DNA from: the human T2T-CHM13v2.0 reference genome, Homo sapiens
DNA: 64,000 nucleotides
Assembly (NCBI RefSeq): GCF_009914755.1
Contig: NC_060926.1
Direction: 5' to 3' (one strand)
Under the pieces are notes generated by a model. It ran no database searches. It saw nothing but the letters and a program-made list of their open reading frames with translations, and was not told the DNA's origin. Made by a program: the position numbers and the translations under genes. Positions 27,740 through 48,170 of the stretch are shown in pieces (position 1 is the stretch's first letter; every line of letters begins with the position of its first letter).

Positions 27740-28335
27740 TATGTCAACAACTATTTATTGAGTGCCAACAATGTAGCGGTCACTGTTGTAGATACTAGGG
27801 ATAAAAATACCATTGAACAAAACAGATAAAGTTCATGCCTCAAGGTACTTCTAATTCATATGAGGCAAAAAGATGCTGACAAAATAAATACACAATGATT
27901 ATATTAAGTGATAAGTATTGTAAAGAATAAGGCAGGGAAAGGAATAGAAAGTGGTGGAGAGGACAGTGTTTTCTGTATGTAGGCAGAGATCTTTGCCCTG
28001 GTAAGGAAAAAGAGAAGGGACCTGAATGAATTAAGGAAGAAGCCATGAAGCAATAGTGGAATTAAGCATTCTGAGAAGAGGGAAGAACAGTGCAAATGCT
28101 ATGTTTGTGAGTTGCTTTTTGTGTTTGTTTCTTAAGTGTGGCTGAGAACAGAGGGGGAAATTGTTGGAAATGAGGTTAGAGAGGCAGGCAGCTCAGGGTG
28201 GTCATGCAGGCTATGGAGGGACTTTGCAGATTCCCCTGAGTAAGATGAGAAGGAATAGCCATTAAATGGATGACCTTAACTGCTGTGTGGGGCTTAGAAT
28301 GCATAGAGCCAAGAGAAAAATCAGGCAGAGCAGGC
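27740..28335 (-). mobile_element. L2a-like LINE
   Basis: tcaacaactatttattgagtgccaacaatgt...cactgttgtagatactagggata, the reverse complement of the L2 3' end. Confidence 0.8.
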
Positions 28336-29869
28336 TAATGGGTAAATTCCAACTTGCCAATACCTGGGAGGTAGGTCTACCCTAAGTGGAGAGCAGGTGT
28401 TCAGCTTCCTGTTTCCTGCTGCCACTTCTGAGAGAAGCCAGTTTCAAAACTCCTTCTCCATTATCTTCCCTTCCTGAACACCCATTTTAAGTGTAGGAGT
28501 GGCAGAGAGGGTATACTAAGGTCTGAGTGTATCTATAGCTGGTGCTCAAACATCTCTGCTTGTTCTTTAGCAGGTGCAACGAAACATTTCTGTATCCTGA
28601 GCTCCACCTCTCTTCCTTAAAATTTGCTGTTTTGTGCACTGGCGTAGAGAGTTATAGTATAAAGCCACAATGACAATGGAAGGTTACGGGACAAAGCCAG
28701 AATGACATATAGAATCATCCAGATGTAAGTCCAAGTAGAAGACTGAGAAATGCACTATTTGATAATCTGAAGGAACTGTCTATGGCTTTTTTTTCCCCTT
28801 AAATCATGAAACTTCTGTTAGTGCTTCAAAATCTTTACAAAATATTCAACTTAGTATCTCTTTGGGCTACCAACATTCTGACAAATTAGTAAAGTATAGC
28901 CAAATTCACTCCATTGTCATCATATTCCCATTTATAGTGATTTTTTAAATGATTTCCTTTCTGGGTGTAACCATAGAAAGACATTTGAATACAGCTATTT
29001 TGAAACTGTAAATTACAGCATAATTTTAATTTCAAAACTATTTGCAAGTACCAGTGTACAATACTGAGAACTTCTTTATAATGTTATTTTTAAAACCTAC
29101 ATATTTTAAAGGGGATGCTGTCTAACTTTAATCATTTCTCCATTTAATGTTTTTTGTTGTTGCTCAAAAGAGATACACGTATCTGTGATTTTTCTTGTAT
29201 ATTAACAGTTTCGGTGAGGATCAAAGTGACCTTAATACAGTCTACCATAAAGGAAGTTTTTGTCAGCAAGGACAAAATGTTTTAGTCACTGATACATAGT
29301 GACTTTTCAGCTTAAATACGATGCTTATTGATTAATACTTTTGACGTTTATTTTCATCGTTAAGGTGTTTGTTTTCAGAAAGCAGCATGTGTATTCACTA
29401 ATGGTCATTTTGATAACTAAGATATTATTTTGAAACTTTTATGATAATTTCATGTTTAACTTTGAATGTGGCTAAGTACTTTATACTAGAGATTTTTTAA
29501 AGCATAAAGAATACATTTAAAAATTATAGACCAGAATCACAGAGTATTTATCAGCAGACATCGAAGGTGAAATAGATTAAACAATATTACTAAAATATGA
29601 AAAAATAAGAACTTTTCTTCATTTAAAATATGCATAATTAGAAAATGGTAATAGTCTTACCTAAAAGGAATTCCATATCCAAACTGGGGTATCCATAATT
29701 TTCTATACATTAAAGAAGAGATGTGCCAGGTAAATGTGGTTCCACCAGAGTTTTATGCTGTCCAAAAATAGATTAAAATTGGTTTCATTTTATCTTCTCA
29801 AAGATTCAGAAAACCTTATGACTAAAATAGTGTACAACATAAGAAGTTATTAACTTGGAATTAATATGA

Positions 29870-30956
<1,087 letters not shown>

Positions 30957-31649
30957 CCACCTAATGAAACTAATGAAAGTTATATAAGTCATCTGAGTAT
31001 CTGTTTTACTGTTATGCGAAATAACAGATGAAGAAAATAGACCTAACAGCAACAAAATAGCACCCACCATTTACCTGGGTAGGGACAATGTTCTAAGCTT
31101 ACAAGAGTGAAATTTTATGCCACATCAAAAGTCGTCTCTCAAGATCAACTTGGTACCTTTCTTTCTCTTTCTATATATTTATTCAGAGAAATAACTCCCA
31201 GACTGAACAGGTAGGAGGAAGAGGAGGAAAAAAAGAGGGCATTTTCAATTATCTTCCCCTAAGACTAACATTTTAAACAGAAGGTGGATCAGACAAATAT
31301 GACCACAGTATATGCCACAGGAGGCTTATCTTGCACATGCTACTCTACTACCCTTTCTGAACAACTTTTGCAATCAGCATATGACTCTAGTTTATTTTAT
31401 GAGTAACATAAGTCATCTTTGTAAATTGGCAGATAAACCTTTATTTATTAGTGGTTTATTTCAATTTGCTTATATTTGGTGTTTTTGCCTGTAGATTTAG
31501 AGTAAATATTAAACCACAGTTTTCCCTTTGTTGTATTAGATTTTGGAAATATGATCATAGTAGATTTATAGAATACAAGTATAATTTTTTAATATATTTT
31601 TATTCAATGTTTTAGAGCAAATTATGTAATATTGGCCTAAGCTTGCATA

Positions 31650-31750
31650 AACAGCCCTGTTGTGATGATTCGGTGAGTTAAGATATGTAAATATTAAAAT
31701 ATAAGTACTTAGTGCTGGGACATAGTAAGCACAAAATAAATTCTAGTTAT
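31650..31750 (+). mobile_element. MIR 3' fragment
   Basis: tgttgtgatgattcggtgagttaagatatgtaaa...acatagtaagcacaaaataaa. Confidence 0.6.
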
Positions 31751-32262
31751 AGACTTCAGAGAGAACATCACAATAGCTTAGGTACAGATAATCTTCATAC
31801 TGTTGGTAAATGAACTACTCAAAAAAGTTCACTGAAACACCTGATGCAAACTGCAAACCAGGAAAATCTGTCAGCTTGACACTGCCTGCCCTCACTCCAC
31901 TGGAAGATGCTTCAGACTCGAATATAGAAATATTCCCCACTGGCTGCTTTCTAGACTAAAAAAAAAAAAAACAAAAAAAACCCCCTGAATTTGTAGTTTG
32001 TTCTAACCATCAACATTTGTTTTCCTTTTGTTTTAATAGAAATGCCACTTATTTAGTAACTGGCTGATCATACCATATAGAGGCCTAACTTAGGTGGAAG
32101 CCAACCTGCAACATCATTTCCTGAACTGAGACATAACGTTTAACTGTTTAACTGGAATGATCTATTCTGGGGTCTGAGAAACTGGTTGAATGGCTTTTGG
32201 GACAATCCACCAACTCAGCTTCTGGACTATAAAATTTCTTAGGGAAGTTTCAGACAGGAGAA

Positions 32263-32746
32263 TGTTGATGTTCAGGACACACCACTTCGAAATATGGTAC
32301 CTCAGCATTTGGAAAACCAGCAGAAACAGGAAAGTCTGACTTTCCCCCACCCTTATTCCCTCAAGCAGGCCATAAAAGAATTATCTGACCTTCCTGTAAA
32401 GTGAGTCATAAGATGCTCATTCCAGAGGGGTCCTTCCTATACCTAGAGGAAAGAAGTGTCACATGGGAACACAAAGAGTCTGAACAAACAGATCTTATTT
32501 ATGTCCTCCCAGTTTATTACCTTTATACTATATCCTTTTGTCCTCCAATAGTACCCTGCAAGACTGTGCATAAAAATGCAGCGCGCCCTGTTTGGGGAGG
32601 TCATTATTTCTGAAACCTTCTGTGTCTTGTGAAACTGATTTTAAATAAATGTGTACATTTTTGTTTTGTTAATCTGTCTATTGTTTTAGGGTCCCAGCCA
32701 TGAACCCAGCAATGGGTGAGGCAATATATCACTCCTCTCCCACACA
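32263..32746 (+). mobile_element. MER39-like ERV1 solo LTR
   Basis: tgttgatgttcaggacacaccacttcgaaatatggtacctcagcattt...agcaggccataaaagaatt...aataaa...cagccatgaacc...caca. Confidence 0.75.
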
Positions 32747-33559
32747 GTACTGTATTTGCAGACTTGCAACAAAATTTATAACCTAACTAAATAGAAAAAC
32801 GGGTGAATAAGTTATGGCCATCTGCATGACAAATTATCATATATTCATGGGCAATGTGTTTTCAAGGAATTTGTAATAGGATGTCCTTTGAAAACACCAT
32901 GCAATTATTGTTTTCTTTTTTATTTTTATGGGAAGCAGAAATAATTAATCAACTATGGTTTTAAAAATTCTTCTTGAGCAATGGGTCTTATGTTTCTTTA
33001 CCCCTTCCAATAAATATAGGATGCACTGTGAAGATGCCATAGGAGAATTTGCAACTACTGTTTAATGTTCCTTTGTTTAGAAATCTGCCTTGCTTATTAT
33101 TTCCATTTTTATGACTTTATAAGTAAATTGAGTTAAAACTGGTTCCCTTGTAGATCAATAACTTAAAAAAATTCATAGATGTCACATGACGCACAATTTC
33201 TTCTGTAAGGAAGGTAATAAAGCTTGACTATTGGCGAGGTTGTCTTTGAAGGATCTTGTCTGTGGGCTGAACGTGTAGTCCTACTGTTCTAGTGTTTGGA
33301 GAATGTTTGGGTTATCAAAGAATTTCATCTCTGACAGAGTATGTTATATGTAATCAAAATATTCAGAGTGCTTCTTATGTAATTTTACTGGTCTGTGTCT
33401 TTTGGTCACCAGAAACTTTCCTTTCAGTTATATTTAAAAAATAAAATAAAAATTAAGCCACAATTCACCCCTCAAAGGAAGTAACAGCTAAATTTGACAG
33501 TGCCTAAATCAGGCATTTAATAGAAATATTATTATAAAAATATTAAGTGAGAAATGTGA

Positions 33560-33755
33560 GCTATACAACTCTATAGTGATAATATTCCAACTGTATATGT
33601 GTCTGTGCTTGTGAGAAAAGAAAATAGAAATTATACTAAAACGTTAACAGTGGTTTTCTATGGATATTAAGATTATGAATATATTTCTTTTCTTTTTCAT
33701 TATATATTTCCAATTGCTCCACTATAAACATTAATCACTTTTATTTCAAAAAAAA
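33560..33755 (+). mobile_element. L1ME 3' end fragment
   Basis: aaaacgttaacagtggttttcta...gattatga...cacttttatttcaaaaaaaa. Confidence 0.55.
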
Positions 33756-33767
33756 TTTGGTTAATCA

Positions 33768-34445
33768 ATTTTAATTGACAAGAAAAAATTGTGTGTATGT
33801 GTGGTGCACAACATGTTTTAATATATGTATGCACTGTCGAATGGTTAAATCAAGGAATTTAACATATACATTACCTCACATACCATTTTTTGGTTTGAGA
33901 TCACTTTAAATCTATTCTCTTAGCAATTTTCTAATATATAATACGTTGTTAGTAACTGTCGTCACCATGACATACAATAAGTCTTTTGAACTTATTTTTT
34001 TCTGTCTAATATTTTGTGTCCTTTGACTAACATTTGCCCAATCCTCCTACCCCAAGCCTGTGATAACCACCAGTTTACTCTGTTTTTATGAGTTTCACAT
34101 TTTTATACTTCACATATAAGTGAGATTATGTGGTAATTGTCTTTCTGTGCCTGGCTTATTTCATTTAACACAACATCCTCCAGGTTCATCCATGTTGCTG
34201 GAAATGGCAAAATTTCCTTCTTTTTAAATGCTGAATAGTATTTCATTGGGTATATATACCACATATATATAAAATGGAATATTAAAACCCCAATATTGGA
34301 AAATGTACTAGGGATACATACAAAAAATATGAAATGAACAAGTTGAAGAGATACATGCACTCCCATGTTCACTGCAAGATTATTCATAGTAACCAAGATA
34401 TGGAACTAAATGAATTACTCATCAATAGTGGAAAAATAAAATGTG
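33768..34445 (-). mobile_element. L1MA (L1MA8/9-like) 3' end with an inverted 5' arm
   Basis: Minus arm 33768-34265 (ttttaattgacaa...gaatggttaaatcaag...acattacctcacata); plus arm 34306-34445 (gagatacatgcactcccatgttcactgca). Confidence 0.85.
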
Positions 34446-34803
34446 TACTACTTTTATAACGAAAAAAATGTATATATTGTTTAGAAATTTATTTAGAACT
34501 CCCCCTTCCCTTGCTAGACCCATGTATTTTTCTCTGTTAGCCTTGAGAACATGATAACTGCTATTCTGGTAGCCAACCAAGAGATTGTGCAAATCAGGGC
34601 TTCTATTGTCATGCAGGAGACTACAGCAGAAATAGCTGAAAAGTGCACACCTGGCTGTTCTTCCCCTCATCAGTTCCCTCAAATAAGCACACACTTACAC
34701 ACTTCCTATGACATTTTCTAATGGTATTTCTACTGATGGTAGCCACAGAAGAGGAAAAAAAATAGTGTAAAGATAGGCAAAAACAAGTTTAAGATAAAGT
34801 TTT

Positions 34804-35834
34804 TTTTATTATTATTATACTTTAAGTTTGAGGGTACATGTGCACAACGTGCAGGTTTGTTACATATGTATACATGTGCCATGCTGGTGTGCTGCACCCA
34901 TTAACTCGTCATTTAGCATTAGGTATATCTCCTAATGCTATCCCTCCCCCCTCCCCCCACCCCACAACAGTCCCCAGAGTGTGATGTTCCCCTTCCTCTG
35001 TCCATGTGTTCTCATTGTTCAATTCCCATCTATGAGTGAGAACATGTGGTGTTTGGTTTTTAGTCCTTGCGATAGTTTACTGAGAATGATGGTTTCCAGT
35101 TTCATCCATGTCCCTACAAAGGACATGAACTCATCGTTTTTTATGGCTGCATAGTATTCCATGGTGTATATGTGCCACATTTTCTTAATCCAGTCTATCA
35201 TTGTTGGACATTTGGGTTGGTTCCAAGTCTTTGCTATTGTGAATAGTGCCGCAATAAACATACGTGTGCATGTGTCTTTATAGCAGCATGATTTATAGTC
35301 CTTTGGGTATATACCCAGTAATGGGATGGCTGGGTCAAATGATATTTTCAGTTCTAGATCCCTGAGGAATCGCCACACCGACTTCCACAATGGTTGAACT
35401 AGTTTACAGTCCCACCAACAGTGTCAAAGTGTTCCTATTTCTCCACATCCTCTCCAGCACCTGTTGTTTCCCGACTTTTTAATGATCGCCATTCTAACTG
35501 GTGTGAGATGGTATCTCATTGTGGTTTTGATTTGCATTTCTCTGATGGCCAGTGATGGTGAGCATTTTTTCATGTGTCTTTTGGCTGCATAAATGTCTTC
35601 TTTTGAGAAGTGTCTGTTCATATCCTTTGCCCACTTTTTGATGGGGTTGTTTGTTTTTTTCTTGTAAATTTGTTTGAGTTCATTGTAGATTCTGGATATT
35701 AGCCCTTTGTCAATGAGTAGGTTGCGAAAATTTTCTCCCATTTTGTAGGTTGCCTGTTCACTCTGATGGTAGTTTCTTTTGCTGTGCAGAAGCTCGTTAG
35801 TTTAATTAGATCCCATTTGTCAATTCTGGCTTTT
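34804..35834 (-). mobile_element. L1PA3-like 5'-truncated LINE-1 (~1.03 kb)
   Basis: L1PA 3'UTR and ORF2 C-terminus; exact TSD agataaagtttt at 34792-34803 and 35835-35846 at a TTTT/AA endonuclease site. Confidence 0.97.
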
Positions 35835-37099
35835 AGATAAAGTTTTAAAACAAACTAAAAATCAACTAGATTAAAATACTTTTTCTAATATTCATAGGCA
35901 TGGAAATTGAGTTATTCTCTGGTTTGTCATAGCATTTTCTTCTCACTTTAGAGGTATATCTTTATAATCTGGATCACTCTTTCTGAATGTGAAGTTTCTA
36001 CTTTCAATTCTTTTCATCTTTAGTCTCGTGTTCCTGTTTCTTTTTTCTTGCATAAAGTTCCTTTGTACCCCCTTGTACCCTGAGTCCCTTTTGTCCACCA
36101 CAGAAAACAGGGTGGGGGCCATATAATATTAGTAATATTGTTGGATCATTTTGTTACAAAATATAATGGTGGAGAATGATGCATTTTAGAGAAGGCAAGA
36201 TGAAAAAATAAGAAACAGATCTTTGAAATAACCATATTAAGAAAGAATGGGTCACTTGTTAGAAACAGTCAAGGATACATACAAACAGTGGAATAAATTA
36301 TTTTACTATGTTGCTTGCTAAATGAACATCAAATAATCCTTTCTGGTCTCTATTATAACAGTACAAGCCCTTTTGGTATAATTCATAAACCCATTTTTTC
36401 ATCGTCCTGTTCTTCCTTTCTACACAATATAAAGTAAGGGAGGTCTTTGTGATAGGAGATTAATATTGAAGTGATACTTCCCTGCTTTGGTTCTAAGTAT
36501 TGTATTCTTGTATTATTTTTCAGTTGGTTTTATAACTTCTAATTTCATTCTTATTATAAATGCATACATATTTGGTGTATAAAACACAAATAAGCGGCAA
36601 AAATATAAAAATTACTTTTAATTTTTTTACCCAGGGATGATCACTTTTTACATTTAGAGATACATATAAAGGAGGGATAAAGGGATGAATCACAGTTAAA
36701 ATAAAACCAAGGGTATTCCTCGAAGGAGGTGTGTAGCTGTTTAACAGTTTGGGGAAATACATTTTATGAATGTTCAATGGGGATATTCCACTATACAGGA
36801 AGTAGCCAAAGTTAATATTATTCTTCCAGAACAGAGTACCTTCGACAGTCCTGCATGGCTTGAAAAAAAAATCTGATAGTAGATGATAGTAGACTACAAG
36901 GAATTAAGGAAGGTGGTATCTTCTATATGAAAGCTGTGTATTTATGGAACAGCTGGATTCTTCTTTGGGCGAGCCTCAAACCCTTCAGGGCCACTAAGAC
37001 TGCTTGATGAGACTATGGCCCTAATCTAATGCTTTCCCAAAAGTGGTGACGTTGTAAGCTAGGGAGCTGATTGAATTTTGAATTAGGTTAGTTGTTTCA

Positions 37100-37645
37100 A
37101 TTCATTCATTTTTCATTCATTCACTTATTCCAAAAATAAGGATTACGTGCCTAGAATACTCTAGCATGATTTTATGTGCTGTCATAGGCAGTGAAGAAAA
37201 AAGACTAGTTTCCTGCCTCATGAAGCTTACATCCTAGTGAGGAGAGAAAAACAATGCACAAATAAATATGCATTTCAGTCAATAAGTGCCAAGGAAAAAT
37301 AAAGCAGAATGAGGGAGATGGATACAGGATACATCTTATAAGAGTGAATTAGAGACCTCCATACTCTTGTGGTGACTTTTGAGCAAAAAATAAAATAGAA
37401 GACCTAGCAGTGTGATTTTGTGGAAGTATCCTTGGTAGAATAATAATAAGTGCAAAAGCCTGAGGCATTCTCAGCTGGAACAATGAGTGAAGGGGGTGTG
37501 CTAGGAAAAGGGCCAGGTTCTGTAGGGTGCTGCAGGCATTCTGAAGACTGGCATTTACTCAGAGTGATTTAGGAAGGCATTAGAAGGTTCTGAGCAGAGT
37601 AATGATATACTGATTAAGTTTTAAAAGCATCATTTTGACTATTCA
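37100..37645 (-). mobile_element. L2 LINE
   Basis: ttcattcatt tail, cctgcctcatgaagcttacatcctagtg, taagtgcaaaagcctgagg. Confidence 0.8.
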
Positions 37646-37654
37646 GCATATATA

Positions 37655-38380
37655 TACTTGGTCCTATCTCTGATGTTGCATTCTGTCTAATAGCTCTAAT
37701 GCTTATTCCTTTACCTCACAGTTTAATAATCCATGATTTATATTTTATTTAGTAAGACAAATTTTTCTTCATTAGTCTTTTAAAAAATTGTATTGTCTGG
37801 TTTCACACATTTTTTTCCAAGTAATATTTGGAAATACTTTTATCTCAACACCAGTATTAGGATTTTGTTTGGAATTAAATTATATCTATAGATAAATTTT
37901 AGGGGTCTCTTGGTAACACTATTGATTCTCATACAGACTATGCTAGTTCTATGTTCTTACTCAAGAGTTATTTTAGCTTTCTTGGAAGAATTTTATTGTT
38001 TTCTCTATACATTTTCTCTAAATTTATTATTAAATTTAACTGTAGAATGTTTACATGTATATTACTTCTGCGGAATGGTATCTTTTTATTACATTTTCTT
38101 AATTTATTCTGGTATATAGAAAAGCTAATACACACATGAGTATGTGTGTAGACAGATAATTGTAACTGACCTCCACACAACTTACTTATTTGGATTTTCT
38201 TCTACTTTTAGACAATTCTTTTTCTGAGAATATGTATTTTAATTTTTTTCCCAATATTTATACTGCTTCTTTCTTATTTTTCTTGTATTGCATTACCTAA
38301 AGTGTCCTGAGAATATTCATTACTTGTGCTGATAATGGTTATCATTTTCTTGTGTCTCATCATTTATGTAAATCCCTCTG
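37655..38380 (-). mobile_element. Ancient L1M fragment
   Basis: taggattttgtttggaattaaatt...atagataaatttt...tttcttgtattgcatt. Confidence 0.65.
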
Positions 38381-38602
38381 ATATTGACACTGCACATTGA
38401 TTTAATGGCTAACTTCAATCAAATAGCAGTGACTGGTTTTGTGAAGTTCTGCACTGAGATTCAGTACTATTAGTACCATGATCAATTAGCATTTCATGAC
38501 ATGGACTTAGAAGCAGATGGATTGTTACTAACCTAGAATTTAATATAATGCTCAATACTAATTTGAGATGGTTTTCATCATGGAATGGCCATATATATAT
38601 AG

Positions 38603-38943
<341 letters not shown>

Positions 38944-38971
38944 CATATAGAAGTTTTTAACAAAATTCTAT

Positions 38972-39043
38972 CAGATAGTCTTACACCCACATTTCCGTTC
39001 AGGCTCACAAACAGTCTCACACCCACACTCTCATTCAGGCTGA
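38972..39043. repeat. 36-bp tandem duplication (2 copies, 28/36 identical)
   Basis: cagatagtcttacacccacatttccgttcaggctca / caaacagtctcacacccacactctcattcaggctga. Confidence 0.85.
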
Positions 39044-39734
39044 AGTTCTCATTTGTTTGTTCATTTGTAGATTTGGGGAAATATGACACTAAAGAAGTAG
39101 CACCCTTCTATAAAGAGCTCCCAATTTAACCTGGGAGAATAGATTCTTCAAAAAACTAGTGAGCAAAAGCACATTGCTTTAAAGTTCCTCCAAAAAAAAA
39201 AAAAAAAAAATCTGAGATCTAGATTTAATTCTTCATCTATATTAAACCCAACTATTCTGACTCACAGATTGCAGCATTACAAGGTAATAATTCTTGCCAT
39301 AATTCTGACGCTATGACCCTCAAAGAAAGGTGGGGAGAACACAAAACAACACACATTCTTATAATTAGGATAGTAGTGTAAAGAGAGACATTTGAGACCC
39401 ATGTCCTGGAAGTTTGGGCTTCAAAAAGTTTGCAGGGCCTTTTAGACTAGGGAAAAGGTGAAGATTACCAGTGGTAGCTTTTTTTTTCTCCTTCTTCTTC
39501 CTTTTTTTTTTTTTTTTTTTTTATTATACTTTAAGTTCTGGGGTACATGTGCAGAACATGGAAGTTTGTTACGACGTAGCTATATATGTGCCATGGTGGT
39601 TTCCTGCACCCATCAACCTGTCATCAACATTAGGTATTTCTTCTATCACTCCCCTAGCCCCCCAGTCCCCAACAGGCCCTGGTGTGTGATGTTCCCCTCC
39701 CTGTGTCCATGTGTTCTCATTGTTCAACTCCCAC

Positions 39735-43559
<3,825 letters not shown>

Positions 43560-43937
43560 TATGATGCTAGCTGGCTATGTTGCCCATTAGTTGATGCAGT
43601 TTCTTCCTTTACAATTTGGTATGTTTTTGCAGTGGCTGGTACTGGTTGTTCCTTTTCATGTCTAGTGCTTCCTTTAGGAGGTCTTGTAAGGCAGGCCTGG
43701 TGGTGACAAAAGCTCTCAGCATTTGCTTGTCTGTAAAGGATTTTATTTCTCCTTCACTTGTGAAGCTTAGTTTGGCTGGATATGAAACTCTGGGTTGAAA
43801 ATTCTTTTCTTTCAGCATGTTGAATATTGGCCCTCACTCTTTTCTGGTTTGTAGGGTTTCTGCAGAGAAATCCACTGTTAGTCTGATGGGCTTCCCTTTG
43901 TGGGTAACCCGACTTTTCTCTCTGGATGGCCTTAACA

Positions 43938-46392
<2,455 letters not shown>

Positions 46393-47074
46393 CCTTGGTG
46401 AATCTGACAATTATGTGTCTTGGGGTTGCTCTTCTCAGGGAATATCTTTGCGGTGTTCTCTGTATTTCCTGAATTTGAATGTTGGCCTGTCTTGCCAGGT
46501 TGGGGAAGTTCTCCTGGATAATACCCTGAAGTGTGTTTTCCTACTTGGTTCCATTCTCCCCATCACTTTCAGGTACACCTATCAAATGTAGATTTGGACT
46601 TTTCACATACCCGTATTTCCTGGAGGCTTTGTTCATTTCTTTTCACTCTTTTTCTTTAATATTGTCTTCTCACTTTATTTCATTGAGTTGATCTTCAATC
46701 TCTTATATCCTTTCTTCTGCTTGATCTGTTTGGCTATTGATACTTGTGTATGTTTCACGAAGTTCTCCTGCTGTGTTTTTCAGTTCTATGAGTTCATTAA
46801 TGCTCTTCTCTAAACTGGTTATTCTAGTTAGCAATTCATCTAACCTTTATTCAAGGTTCTTAGCTTCCTTGCTTTGGGTTAGAACATTCTCCTTTAGCTT
46901 GGAGGAGCATGTTATTACCCACCTTCTGAAGCCTACTTCTGTCAGTTCATGAAACTCATTCTCCGTCCAGTTTTGTTTCCTTACAGGCAAGGAGTTGTGA
47001 TCCTTTGGAGGAGAAGAGGTGTTCTGGGTTTCGGAGTTTTCAGCCTTTGTGCACTGTTTTTTCCCCATCTCCAT

Positions 47075-48170
47075 GAATTTATCTACCTTTGGTCTTTGAT
47101 GTTGGTGATCTTCGGATGGGGTCTCTGAGTGGACGTCCTTTTTGTCGATGTTGCTACTATTCCTTTCTGTTTGTTAGTTTTCCTTCTAACAGGCAGGCCC
47201 CTCTTCTGCAGTTCTGCTGGAGTTTGCTAGAGGTCCACTCCAGACCGTTTGCCTTGGTATCACCAGCGGAAGCTCCAAGACAGCAAATCTTGCTGCCTGT
47301 TCTTTCCTCTGGAAGCTTCGTCCCAGAGGGGCACCTGCCGGATGCCAGCGAGAGCTCTCCTGTATGAGGTGTCTGTTGGCCCCTACTGGGAGGTTTCCTC
47401 CAGTCAGGATACAGGGGGTCAGGGACCCACTTGAGGAGGCAGCCTGTCCCTTATCAGAGCTCGAACACTGTGTCAGGAGAACTGCTGCTCTCTTAAGAGA
47501 CAGGGACGTTTAAGTCTGCTGAAGCTGCACCCATAGCTGCCCCTTCCCCCAGGTGCTCTGTCCCAGGGAGATGGGGGTTTTATCTATAAGTCCCTGACTG
47601 GGGATGCTGCCTGTTTTTCAGAGATGCCTTGCCTAGAGAGGCAGTCTGGCTGCAGGGGCCTTGCTGAGCTGTGGTGGGCTCCGCCCAGTTTGAACTTCCT
47701 GGCAGCTTTGTTTACACTGAGAATAAAATCGCCTACTCAAGCCTCAGCAATGGCAGACGCCCCTTCCCTCACCAAGCTTGAGCATCCCACATCGACCTCT
47801 GACTGCTATGCTAGCAGTGAGAATTTCAAGCTATTGGATCTTAGCTTGCTGGGCTCCGTGGGGGTGGGACCCAATGAGCCAGGCACCAGAGGGAATCTCC
47901 TGGTTGGCCAGTTGCAACAACAGTGGGAAAAGCACAGTATCCAGGCTGGAGTGCACCATTCCTCCCATTACAGTTTCTCATGGCTTCCCTTGGTTAGGAA
48001 CAGGAAATCCCCTGCTTTGGCTCACCCTCTGTGGGTTGTACGCACTGTCCAACCAGTCCCAATGAGATGAACTGGGTACCTCAGTTGGAAATGCAGAAAT
48101 CACCCACCTTCTGCGTTAGTCTCCCTGGGAGCTGCAGACCGGAGCTGTTCCTATTCGGCCATCTTCCAGC
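47075..48170 (-). promoter_or_regulatory. L1 5'UTR (internal sense promoter on minus; antisense promoter region firing on plus); YY1 motif near the 5' end
   Basis: GC-richer L1PA 5'UTR upstream of ORF1; ggccatctt (aagatggcc on minus) at ~48157-48165; activity not shown. Confidence 0.75.
47750..48070 (+). CDS. Open L1 ORF0 homolog (106 aa; in frame with an upstream ATG at 47624 giving 148 aa)
   Basis: gcaATGg start; MADAP...SDCYAS...SVGVGPNEPG...EK aligns with recalled L1HS ORF0 MAGAP...SDCCAS...SVGVGPSEPG...EK; expression unknown. Confidence 0.55.
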   Translation: MADAPSLTKLEHPTSTSDCYASSENFKLLDLSLLGSVGVGPNEPGTRGNLLVGQLQQQWEKHSIQAGVHHSSHYSFSWLPLVRNRKSPALAHPLWVVRTVQPVPMR

